Below are positions 16,107-24,478 of a DNA stretch of 32,000 nt, in pieces (within the stretch, counting starts at the first letter, position 1; each line of letters begins with the position of its first letter). The stretch comes from Erysipelothrix inopinata (GTDB taxonomy: Bacteria; Bacillota_I; Bacilli_A; Erysipelotrichales; Erysipelotrichaceae). Where the stretch lies: positions 60,001 through 92,000 of the forward strand of contig NZ_CP060715.1 in NCBI RefSeq assembly GCF_014396165.1. The letters run 5' to 3'. The notes below the pieces were generated by a model. The model made no database searches. It had not been told where the DNA came from and saw only the letters and a program-made list of their open reading frames with translations. A program made the position numbers and the translations under genes.

Positions 16107-17484
16107 ATTATCAAAAAAACTTATGATTGTAGTGATCTCCATACTTATAATTTCCACAACACTTACAACTATACTAAATATATCTTTTTCTAAAAAATAT
16201 TATTTGCATCAGAAACGCAAAGAAATCACTGAGATTAGTGATTCGTTCATTACGATGCTTGATCATGGCGAATCTGAGGAAAAGGCCATCACTACTATTG
16301 AAGAGGCAAATAAAGTAATCATTGCTGAAGTTCAGTTTGATCATGATACTGAAGAAGAAACCATCAACCAAAATATACAACAAGCTTTTACAGAAAAAGG
16401 TATTGGTTTTCAAAGGTATTGGCTTTGGGATCAAGATTTCGAACTATTAACGCAAGGAGAACGCCAACTTAGACTCTACAATCAAGAAAAGTTAAATTAT
16501 AGTCTACTCATAAATTATGTTCCCGTCGGAAACTCAATTTTCGCAATTACCACAATCGTACCAAATATCGAAGATGCTTTTATGATTTCGAGTGGACTCT
16601 TGATGGTTATCAATATACTCATGACATTTGTAGCACTCCTATTGATTAGCCTATTTATCCGTGACATTACGAAACCACTAAAACTTTTTGAACTGTTTGC
16701 ACAATCACTCGAAGATGGAAGTTACGAACCTATTGAAATCCACACTAACGACGAACTCGAACAAGTTGCAAACAGCCTTAATTCAATGGGAGAAAAACTA
16801 ACAGAATCGAATAATGCTCTATCAAATAAAAACAAACAAATGGCAGATCTTCTCGAAGATGTAACACACGAACTCAAAACTCCTATTTCATTAATAAGAC
16901 TTTATACACAAGGTATTAAAGACGGTATTGATGACGGATCATTTCTTGATACCATTTCTGATGCAAATGACCAAATGGCTAAAGATATTGACCGCTTACT
17001 CTTGATGTCTAAGATTGATAGAGACGAAATTGTGTTGTCTTCTATAAATATTTCTACACAACTTGAGGAAAACATCAATAAGGTAAAAATTATGAATTCC
17101 CAAAGTCAGCTTGAATTTAAACAAAATATCGAGGATAACGTCTACATTAAGAGCCATAAAGATTCTCTTGATACAATTCTACTAAATCTCATTACGAATG
17201 CTGTCAAGTATGGAACTGGGGAGTTTATTGATATTCTGTTAAATACCCAAAACGATGGGGTCCATTTTGTGATCAGCAATCAATTTCAAAATGATAATCT
17301 CGATTTGAATAAAATAACACAGCCTTATTATGTTGGAGAAGCTTCAAGAAATAAAGAACTCTCTGGAACAGGTTTAGGACTTTCCCTTGTCTCAAAGATG
17401 TGTGAAACATTTGGATATTCGTTTAAATATTGGACTCATAATAATCAAATTTACTTCGAAATTGTTATACCACATGTCACATAA
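16099..17484 (+). CDS. sensor histidine kinase with two TM helices and an extracytoplasmic loop of about 130 aa
   Basis: H-box THELKTPIS, N-box LITNAVKYG and G-box GTGLGLS are present. The start overlaps the RR stop (ATGAGTAA). Confidence 0.9.
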   Translation: MSKLSKKLMIVVISILIISTTLTTILNISFSKKYYLHQKRKEITEISDSFITMLDHGESEEKAITTIEEANKVIIAEVQFDHDTEEETINQNIQQAFTEKGIGFQRYWLWDQDFELLTQGERQLRLYNQEKLNYSLLINYVPVGNSIFAITTIVPNIEDAFMISSGLLMVINILMTFVALLLISLFIRDITKPLKLFELFAQSLEDGSYEPIEIHTNDELEQVANSLNSMGEKLTESNNALSNKNKQMADLLEDVTHELKTPISLIRLYTQGIKDGIDDGSFLDTISDANDQMAKDIDRLLLMSKIDRDEIVLSSINISTQLEENINKVKIMNSQSQLEFKQNIEDNVYIKSHKDSLDTILLNLITNAVKYGTGEFIDILLNTQNDGVHFVISNQFQNDNLDLNKITQPYYVGEASRNKELSGTGLGLSLVSKMCETFGYSFKYWTHNNQIYFEIVIPHVT

Positions 17485-17502
17485 TATAAATCATTTCCTA
17501 AC

Positions 17503-17547
17503 AAAAAAAAGATTAACGCCACTTTAGAAATGGGTTAATCTTTTTTT
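17503..17547. terminator. bidirectional terminator between convergent HK and phosphatase genes
   Basis: An A8 run, then AGATTAAC ... GTTAATCT, then a T7 run. Confidence 0.75.
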
Positions 17548-17550
17548 ACG

Positions 17551-18321
17551 TTAAACAATAGGATTTACGTATAACATTCTTAATTTTTCAATATCTGTTT
17601 CATTAAGACCCAGACCCTCGGTTATGTAATTATTAAAATCACCGTATCTTTCTTCAATTGCTAAAAAAGCTTCATCAAGATACGTTTTGTCTACGGTCAT
17701 ATAACCGCGAATATTATCGATTTGCGCATCCGTTAAATTTTCTTCGATTTGAATCTCTTTAAGACGTTTTTCAACATAATCATGGGTCAAAGTGTTCGTA
17801 AGTAAATAATCTTCATAGATTACTTCATCACTTGCTCCCAGAATTTTCAAGATTTGAACTGCTGCAAATCCTGTTCTATCTTTTCCCGCTGTACAGTGAT
17901 AATAGAGTGATCCTTCTCTTTTTTCTAATAGGACATCGAAGAATCTTCGATATTCATCGCGACAAGCGTCACTCATGATAAACATCCGGTTCAAGCCGCG
18001 CATATGTTCTTGGGATACTTCACGTTTAAATCCTTTCATCATTTCGTTAGGATCAGCATTTTCTCGAGCTTTCGACATGATATCAATATGAATTGATTCA
18101 ACCCCTGGTATTACATCATCTGGTGCTTTTTTAATTTCTTCATCAGTGCGCAAATCTACAACTGTTTGAAGATGGTAATCACTAATAAGTTGATCTAACG
18201 TTCTTTCACTTAAATTATCCAAAACACCACCACGTAATAGTTTATGAGGTTTTATTGTTCCACCAGAAACTTCAATACCTCCCATATCTCTAAAATTTCG
18301 TATCGAATTCATATTTGACAT
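17551..18321 (-). CDS. protein-tyrosine phosphatase (Y_phosphatase3-like)
   Basis: A 256-aa protein with the CX5R active-site loop HCTAGKDRTG. Confidence 0.8.
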   Translation of the reverse strand: MSNMNSIRNFRDMGGIEVSGGTIKPHKLLRGGVLDNLSERTLDQLISDYHLQTVVDLRTDEEIKKAPDDVIPGVESIHIDIMSKARENADPNEMMKGFKREVSQEHMRGLNRMFIMSDACRDEYRRFFDVLLEKREGSLYYHCTAGKDRTGFAAVQILKILGASDEVIYEDYLLTNTLTHDYVEKRLKEIQIEENLTDAQIDNIRGYMTVDKTYLDEAFLAIEERYGDFNNYITEGLGLNETDIEKLRMLYVNPIV

Positions 18322-18378
18322 CCTCTTTCTATAATTAATACATTAAACAAATTATAGCATAATAAATCTTCTGACATT

Positions 18379-18411
18379 CTGTAACATCGCTGTAACACTA
18401 CTAAACTAGAA
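18379..18411 (+). promoter_or_regulatory. second copy of the TGTAACA direct-repeat box plus -10 (promoter of the dehydratase-murG operon)
   Basis: TGTAACAT (18379-18386) and TGTAACAC (18390-18397) are phased at 11 bp. Ten nt separate the second TGTAAC from -10 TAGAAT (18406-18411). The geometry is identical to 14537-14569. Confidence 0.6.
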
Positions 18412-18460
18412 TTGAAATATACAAAAATGAGAACATATGTTTTCTTAGCAAGGAGTATTT

Positions 18461-19429
18461 ATGAAAAATAAAGTTGTATTAATTATTGGTGGAACTGGTT
18501 CTTGGGGTGATGGCCTCATCACAGAACTTTTGAAAGAAGATATATTAAAAATCAAAGTATTTGCTCGAAACGAATTTCAAATGGTAATGTTAATGAGAAA
18601 ATATAACAATCCCAAAATTGAAATCATCATCGGCGATATTAGAGACTACAATGCATTAGAAATTGCATGTGAGAATGTAGATATCGTTTACCATCTTGCA
18701 GCACTGAAACATGTACCAATCTGTGAACAACTACCCGATGAAGCTATCGAAACAAATATCTTTGGAACACAAAACGTTATTGATGCGTCAATAGCAAATG
18801 ATGTTGATAAAGTTATCTTTACTTCTACAGATAAAGCAGTGAACCCAAACTGTACCTATGGAAGTACTAAAATGCTGGGTGAAAAACTTATTCTATCAGC
18901 GAATAATCGTAACAGCAGAACGAAATTTATTGTATTTCGAGGCGGAAACCTCATAGGAAGTACCGGAAGCGTCATTCCTCTATTTGAGGATCAGATCCTT
19001 GAAAAAGGGTCCATTTCACTAACAGATGAAAATATGAATCGTTTTTTCATATCGGTTCACTCAGCTTCACAACTCCTCATAAAGATTTCTAAAAGAGGCA
19101 TCGGTGGAGAAATCTATATCCCTAACATGCCTTCGATATTCATCCGAGATATTGCGAAATATATATTAAATAAATGGAATATTAATCCCGATAAGATTGA
19201 ACTTATTGGAAAACGACCTGGAGAAAAAATAAGTGAAGTTCTTGTGGCAGAAAATGAAAGAAAAAGTTTATATCGTTTCGATGAATCTTTATTCATTATT
19301 TGTAATGATCAACATGGTTGGTTAGCAAACGGAGTTATTCAATATGTTGATGAATTTGATGAAAACTCCGCTGTAAACCAATTGTCCTACAGTCAAGTCG
19401 TAACATTTCTGAAAAGTGCCGGAGTCTAA
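18461..19429 (+). CDS. short-chain NAD-dependent sugar-nucleotide 4,6-dehydratase, PseB/FlaA1/CapD-like (Polysacc_synt_2 family)
   Basis: Contains a GGTGSWG Rossmann motif and TDKAVNPNCTYGSTK, which covers the catalytic Tyr/Lys region. Its size of about 322 aa matches the PseB class. Confidence 0.75.
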   Translation: MKNKVVLIIGGTGSWGDGLITELLKEDILKIKVFARNEFQMVMLMRKYNNPKIEIIIGDIRDYNALEIACENVDIVYHLAALKHVPICEQLPDEAIETNIFGTQNVIDASIANDVDKVIFTSTDKAVNPNCTYGSTKMLGEKLILSANNRNSRTKFIVFRGGNLIGSTGSVIPLFEDQILEKGSISLTDENMNRFFISVHSASQLLIKISKRGIGGEIYIPNMPSIFIRDIAKYILNKWNINPDKIELIGKRPGEKISEVLVAENERKSLYRFDESLFIICNDQHGWLANGVIQYVDEFDENSAVNQLSYSQVVTFLKSAGV

Positions 19430-19430
19430 A

Positions 19431-20729
19431 ATGAAATATTTATTCACCGGTGGAGGAACTGCTGGACATGCAATGGTAAATACAGTTCTTATAACTAAAT
19501 TATTGGATTCAGATGTCGAAATTATATATATTGGTTCGAAAAATGGTATTGAAAAGGAAATGTTAAAAAAATATAAATCTGTAAAATACCATGGTGTATC
19601 AACTGGAAAACTTCGTAGATATTTCTCAATGAAAAATGTTACTGATATTTTTAGAATAATTTATGGTTTTTTCACTGCTCTCAAACTTCTCTACAAAGAA
19701 AAACCAGATCTCATCTATTCAAGTGGAGGATATGTTTCGGTTCCTGTAGTTTGGGCTGGATTTTTACTTCGTATCCCCATTGTTATTCGAGAAACTGATT
19801 ACACAGTAGGTCTTGCGAATAAGTTGAGTCTCCCTTTTGCGGATAAAATCTATCTAACATTTCCGGATACACAGCAATACATCACAACTCGACACAACCT
19901 TACACAATCCACTATCATAAGGCCTGAACTTTTTGAAACTGAAACAATAATCTTTAGTAGGAAGAAGCCACTATGTCTTGTCATGGGTGGAAGTAGTGGT
20001 GCAAATGCTATCAATAACTTTATATGGGATAATCTTACTAATTTAAAAGATCAGTACGATATTATTCATATTACTGGAAAAAACAAGTCAAATAAAAATG
20101 TTGCTGATACGAATGACTACATTCAATACGAGTATATCGAAGATATGAGCTCGATGTATAATATCGCAGACGTAATCATCACAAGAAGTGGCTCAAACGC
20201 AATTATAGAAGGCCTTCTTCTCGGAAAGAGAATGGTGTGTATTCCTTTATCAAACTCAATATCAAGAGGTGAACAGATTGCAAACGCAAATTTTGCTGTA
20301 TCACATGGAACTGCGATAATACTTCCTGATAATTTTTCACTCACAAACTTTCGGGAAGCGATAAATTCTGTAATCAATATGTCTATAAATACTGAGTATA
20401 TCAGCACTAAAGGTGAATTAGAACGTGAAATATCAGAACATATTTCTGATATAAACCAAATATCCAAAATAAAAATCAAGAAGGAAACAAATTATATGAA
20501 CAAAAAAATTGCTTCCATAGCTACGCTATTCATTGTTATGGGATTTGGGGCACACATATATCGATTAAGGCTGCCTGAAATGATAGATGAATCCGGAATG
20601 ATTATCAGCGATAATCTTGGTTGGATTGTAATTGGTATACTACTCATTCTCATTGGTTCTCTTATGCTGATATCTAATATTTTGTATCATCAAATTGCTA
20701 TAAAACAAAAAAAGGGTTCTAATTTATAG
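19431..20729 (+). CDS. murG: MurG-type GT28 glycosyltransferase fused in frame to a 77-aa two-TM module
   Basis: Start moved to the ATG at 19431 (MKYLFTGGGTAGH), which follows GGAG. The N-terminal roughly 355 aa follow the streptococcal MurG pattern (GGGTxGH, STGKLRRYFS, GGYVSVP, GLANK). Residues from the ATG at 20496 onward are paralogous to ORF 28477-28689. Confidence 0.75.
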   Translation: MKYLFTGGGTAGHAMVNTVLITKLLDSDVEIIYIGSKNGIEKEMLKKYKSVKYHGVSTGKLRRYFSMKNVTDIFRIIYGFFTALKLLYKEKPDLIYSSGGYVSVPVVWAGFLLRIPIVIRETDYTVGLANKLSLPFADKIYLTFPDTQQYITTRHNLTQSTIIRPELFETETIIFSRKKPLCLVMGGSSGANAINNFIWDNLTNLKDQYDIIHITGKNKSNKNVADTNDYIQYEYIEDMSSMYNIADVIITRSGSNAIIEGLLLGKRMVCIPLSNSISRGEQIANANFAVSHGTAIILPDNFSLTNFREAINSVINMSINTEYISTKGELEREISEHISDINQISKIKIKKETNYMNKKIASIATLFIVMGFGAHIYRLRLPEMIDESGMIISDNLGWIVIGILLILIGSLMLISNILYHQIAIKQKKGSNL

Positions 20730-20748
20730 AAGCCCTTCTTTAATTTAA

Positions 20749-22518
20749 TTAATCTTGGAATACAGGAATTATTTTCTTCAAGTTTACATCAACCATTCCG
20801 AGATCTGACATTTTCATTTGGGGAATAACGATTAATGCTAAAGTACAAATACGTAGCACAGGATTAAGTAGTTCTTCCATTCCTAGACCAAGATTAACTT
20901 GGTAGAGTGCTTTACTTTCTTTAGCTACGGTTTTCGCATCATGGTGTGACATCAATCCACAAACTGGAAGTGCCATCGTTCCTATGACCTCGCCATCAAG
21001 TACCGTCGCGAAACCACCACCGATTTCACGAAGTTTATTTACAGCTACAACAGCATCCTTTGGATCGTTATAGACTAATGTAATGTTATGAGAGTCATGT
21101 GAGACAGTTGTAGATAAACATCCTTTATTATTTCCGAAACCCTTCACAATCGCAATTGAAATCGTATCATTATTAGGATGACGGTTTACAATTGAAGTAA
21201 ACATCATTCCTTCTTTAAGAATTACTTCTCCATCAACAACCTCGAGTGTATCTGAAGATAGTTTGGTGAGTGACCCTTTTGGACTTAAATATTCGATAAA
21301 GTTGACAGTAACTTCACCATTTTGGATTGGTGCTTTAAGTGTCAAATCTTCAGGCTTTAAGTCTTTTACAAACACTGTGTTTCGACTTTCGAGTTCATGT
21401 GTTCTTGGCTCAATAGGAGCCACCAGTTTTTGATCTTTCGCTACTAATTTCCCTTCAAAGAAAACATGACTTGGTCGAATATTTTTCAAATCATCAACGA
21501 GTAAAAAGTCTGCGAGATAACCTGGAGCAATGGCACCAATATTTTCTAAATGTGCTTCGCGAGCACTGTTGAATGTTGCACTTCGAATCGCATCACGCGG
21601 ATCCATTCCAGCTTGAATTGCGACATTCACGACATCATTCATATGTCCCACGCGTAAAATATGCTCCGCTTCACGATCATCAGTACATAAACAAAATGTA
21701 TCGTGATAGCGATTATTTTGAATTGCTTCCCAAATATCGACGACGTTTGTTGACATAGAACTTTCACGTGCATCAACATACAATCCTTGACGAAGTTTCT
21801 CGACTGCTTCACTACCATGACGTGATTCATGACATGTTTTTGGACCTCCTGCAATATATGCAGAAAGAAGACGTCCTGAAGCCATGGGTGCGTGACCTTG
21901 AATATATAAGTTATTCTTCTTTGCTACTTCGAGAATATCGAGAAGATGCTCTTCACCATCAGCGACACCCACAAAATCCATCACTTCTGCAAGTCCAATA
22001 ACACGTTCAAGTTTTGAAAGCTCATCAATTTCTGGTGCTAAAAATTCTGCTCCAGCATTTTCCAATCCATGAACCGATGGAACACAAGAAGGAATATCAA
22101 TTAACTGACGCATTGGTAGATTTTCTGCAATATCATGCATGTAAGTGACACCTTCAACACCAACAACATTCGCTACTTCGTGAGGATCTGTAATACTTGT
22201 AGTTGTTCCCCATGCAGCTGCAATTTCCGCAAAGTTTTGTGGTGTTAACATTGTACTTTCCACATGCATATGCGCATCAATAAGGCCTGGAATACAATAA
22301 TTACCATGACCATCAACAATATCACCTGTAACTTTATCCAATTCTTTAAGTTCGTAGTCAACATGAGCAATACTATCTTTATATACGTAAATATTTGCTG
22401 GTAAAATTTCACCTGTAAATACATTAAATACATTCACATTTGTCAGTACCCAGTCGCAAGGAATAACACCCCTCGCAGCTTGTATTAATTCTTTAACTTC
22501 TACTTGTTTTAATTTCAT
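20749..22518 (-). CDS. ade: adenine deaminase
   Basis: Start moved to the ATG at 22518 (MKLKQVEVKEL), which follows RBS GAGGAG. Amidohydrolase motif GLIDAHMHVESTMLTP is present, and the length of about 589 aa fits. Confidence 0.85.
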   Translation of the reverse strand: MKLKQVEVKELIQAARGVIPCDWVLTNVNVFNVFTGEILPANIYVYKDSIAHVDYELKELDKVTGDIVDGHGNYCIPGLIDAHMHVESTMLTPQNFAEIAAAWGTTTSITDPHEVANVVGVEGVTYMHDIAENLPMRQLIDIPSCVPSVHGLENAGAEFLAPEIDELSKLERVIGLAEVMDFVGVADGEEHLLDILEVAKKNNLYIQGHAPMASGRLLSAYIAGGPKTCHESRHGSEAVEKLRQGLYVDARESSMSTNVVDIWEAIQNNRYHDTFCLCTDDREAEHILRVGHMNDVVNVAIQAGMDPRDAIRSATFNSAREAHLENIGAIAPGYLADFLLVDDLKNIRPSHVFFEGKLVAKDQKLVAPIEPRTHELESRNTVFVKDLKPEDLTLKAPIQNGEVTVNFIEYLSPKGSLTKLSSDTLEVVDGEVILKEGMMFTSIVNRHPNNDTISIAIVKGFGNNKGCLSTTVSHDSHNITLVYNDPKDAVVAVNKLREIGGGFATVLDGEVIGTMALPVCGLMSHHDAKTVAKESKALYQVNLGLGMEELLNPVLRICTLALIVIPQMKMSDLGMVDVNLKKIIPVFQD

Positions 22519-22541
22519 TTCATGTCTCCTCATCACAAATT

Positions 22542-22582
22542 AAAAACCGGAATTAACCTACACTTATAGTAAGTTTATTCCG
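22542..22582 (-). terminator. expression-platform terminator of the purine riboswitch
   Basis: The RNA is CGGAAU-A-AACUUAC-UAUAAGU-GUAGGUU-A-AUUCCG followed by GUUUUUAAUUU. Confidence 0.7.
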
Positions 22583-22617
22583 ATTCCATATATTCTTCCA
22601 CGATTAAAAGTCCCCCT

Positions 22618-22678
22618 GTTATAGTACCCTGTTAGGCAAGGCGTAGAGACTGTCCACCGAATTAGGACAATATATAAC
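22618..22678 (-). promoter_or_regulatory. purine riboswitch aptamer, guanine-type (C at the specificity position), short P2
   Basis: The RNA is GUUAUA-UAUU-GUCC-UAAUUCGGU-GGAC-AGUCUCUAC-GCCUU-GCCUAAC-AGGGU-AC-UAUAAC. It retains the P1 pairing, J1/2 UAUAUU-like, J2/3 GUCUCUAC (consensus GUUUCUAC), GG in L2 with CC in L3, and J3/1 AC. Confidence 0.65.
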
Positions 22679-22740
22679 GGAATACGCAAATTATAACACA
22701 TCTGAAATAGTATTTCTGATTTATACTCAGATTTCTAAAA

Positions 22741-23055
22741 TTAATTTGAATTGACGACTTTCTCCATTTCATCAAGGAGTCCTGCAACTCTCAATGGAGT
22801 ATAATATTTTCCTTCAATCACCATTACTTTTATGTCCGTACCCTCAACAAGTTTAAGGACATTTTTATATACAAAGCGAATTTGGGGTGCAATGATGATA
22901 ATATCATAAGATTGTTTCTTGATGTATTCTTTGATTCTTGGTTCACCGATAGCCTCAATCGTAAATTCAGGATTTCGAAGTTTCCCTTCTTTTTCAATTG
23001 CTTTCGCAATAAAAGAAGAACTCATCCCACCAGCACATGTCATCAGTACTTTCAT
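22741..23055 (-). CDS. PTS lactose/cellobiose-family EIIB component
   Basis: A 104-aa protein. MKVLMTCAGGMSSS carries the active-site Cys typical of EIIB(Cel). Confidence 0.85.
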   Translation of the reverse strand: MKVLMTCAGGMSSSFIAKAIEKEGKLRNPEFTIEAIGEPRIKEYIKKQSYDIIIIAPQIRFVYKNVLKLVEGTDIKVMVIEGKYYTPLRVAGLLDEMEKVVNSN

Positions 23056-23627
23056 TATTTGTCTCCTTTAAGACGTGACTCACCTTCACGTTTTTTTAGT
23101 ATTTGAATCATTTTCGCAAATGTATTTCCATTGCGAATTGTTGTATCCGGATAGTTAGGATGAGCAAGAACTTTTCGATACGCAGATTTGTAGTAAAGCT
23201 GACGCGTCGTAAAATTAGTCGACCAGAAAATTGTATTATCAATAATTGAAATATGATCAAGTTCAGTATCATACAAACTTAAATCTGGACAAATTTGTTC
23301 CGCTCTGACGTCATTCAATAAAAATAAAATATTGTGACGCCACTCTTTATCCTCATTCCACCCTATAGGTAAATTAGGTTCTAACGCAAATACTTCTTCT
23401 GCTGATAAAATGTACACTGCAATTGGAAAACCAAAGGTTTTTTCAAGATCAGTTTCCAACTTTACGCGATCAACCTTATTCTTAGAATCAAAAAAGACGA
23501 CGCCTGTATTTCCATGAGTTTCAACATTCTCATAAGTAAGTGAGAAAAGAACTTTTAAGTCTGACATGCTGACTTTATGATTGCCGCCAACATTTAAACC
23601 TCGTAATAACGCAACATATGTCTTCAT
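23055..23627 (-). CDS. DUF1697 domain protein
   Basis: A 190-aa protein with N-terminal YVALLRGLNVGGNHKVSMSDLK, the hallmark of DUF1697. Its stop overlaps the EIIB start. Confidence 0.7.
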   Translation of the reverse strand: MKTYVALLRGLNVGGNHKVSMSDLKVLFSLTYENVETHGNTGVVFFDSKNKVDRVKLETDLEKTFGFPIAVYILSAEEVFALEPNLPIGWNEDKEWRHNILFLLNDVRAEQICPDLSLYDTELDHISIIDNTIFWSTNFTTRQLYYKSAYRKVLAHPNYPDTTIRNGNTFAKMIQILKKREGESRLKGDK

Positions 23628-23691
23628 TTTATGTCTCCATATTTCTTATCCTATAGGTCTATTTTAAACCATCTCTATCTAATTACATAGT

Positions 23692-23716
23692 AAAAAGAAG
23701 ACTCTTAGAGTCTTCT
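23692..23716 (-). terminator. intrinsic terminator whose loop is the GntR stop codon
   Basis: The RNA is AGAAGACUC-UAA-GAGUCUUCU (9-bp stem) followed by UUUUUACU. The UAA loop is the stop codon at 23705-23707. Confidence 0.7.
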
Positions 23717-24412
23717 ATGGTTATTTGCGGAAACAAAGAGTGTTGTTTCCTGATAGTTGTGGATAACACGTGAACTATTAAAGAGCATTCCATTTGTAAG
23801 AAACACCTTTTCATTAATCACTAACATTGGATCTCCCTTTTGGTATCCAAACACTTCAGCATCTTCTTGATTTAAATGTCCAACTGAAATGTACTTATCT
23901 GCAAAACCGATTCGCATCTTAAGATCATGTTCAATGTAATCGTAGATCGAACGTTGTGCAATCTCAATACCTAGATAGGGTACAATTTCTTTATTATACA
24001 GACTGTACTCAATCGTAAAGGGTTCATCATCTACGTACCGAATACGTTTTAGACGATAGACTGGATTTCCTATCTCTGTATCAAGTTCACTCGCCATTAC
24101 TTCATCCGCATCTACGAGTTCGAGATAGACAACCTCTGTTCGAACAGTACTTGCTTTAAACTCTTGCGATACGCCGCGAATCATACTTGCATTGATTGCT
24201 TTTTCATGTTCAAACTGACGAATGTATACACCACTTCCCTGAACACGATACAACATACCCCACTCAACTAAGAGATCTGTTGCATTACGAATTGTATTTT
24301 TACTTGTTTGAAATTCTTCAACGAGTTCATCCTCAATGGGTAATTTAATTTTATATTTTTCTGACTTAATGTTTTCCATTAACTGTTCAGCGATGATTTG
24401 ATATTTTTTCAT
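23705..24412 (-). CDS. GntR-family (HutC/UTRA-type) transcriptional regulator
   Basis: A 235-aa protein with an N-terminal winged HTH (LPIEDELVEEFQTSKNTIRNATDLLVEWGMLYRVQGSGVYI) and a UTRA-like C-terminus. Confidence 0.85.
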   Translation of the reverse strand: MKKYQIIAEQLMENIKSEKYKIKLPIEDELVEEFQTSKNTIRNATDLLVEWGMLYRVQGSGVYIRQFEHEKAINASMIRGVSQEFKASTVRTEVVYLELVDADEVMASELDTEIGNPVYRLKRIRYVDDEPFTIEYSLYNKEIVPYLGIEIAQRSIYDYIEHDLKMRIGFADKYISVGHLNQEDAEVFGYQKGDPMLVINEKVFLTNGMLFNSSRVIHNYQETTLFVSANNHRRL

Positions 24413-24478
24413 GAGGCCTCCACTTACCCAATCATTATATCAAATTTACCGTGTATTACTATCAATCTAAAACGTGAA

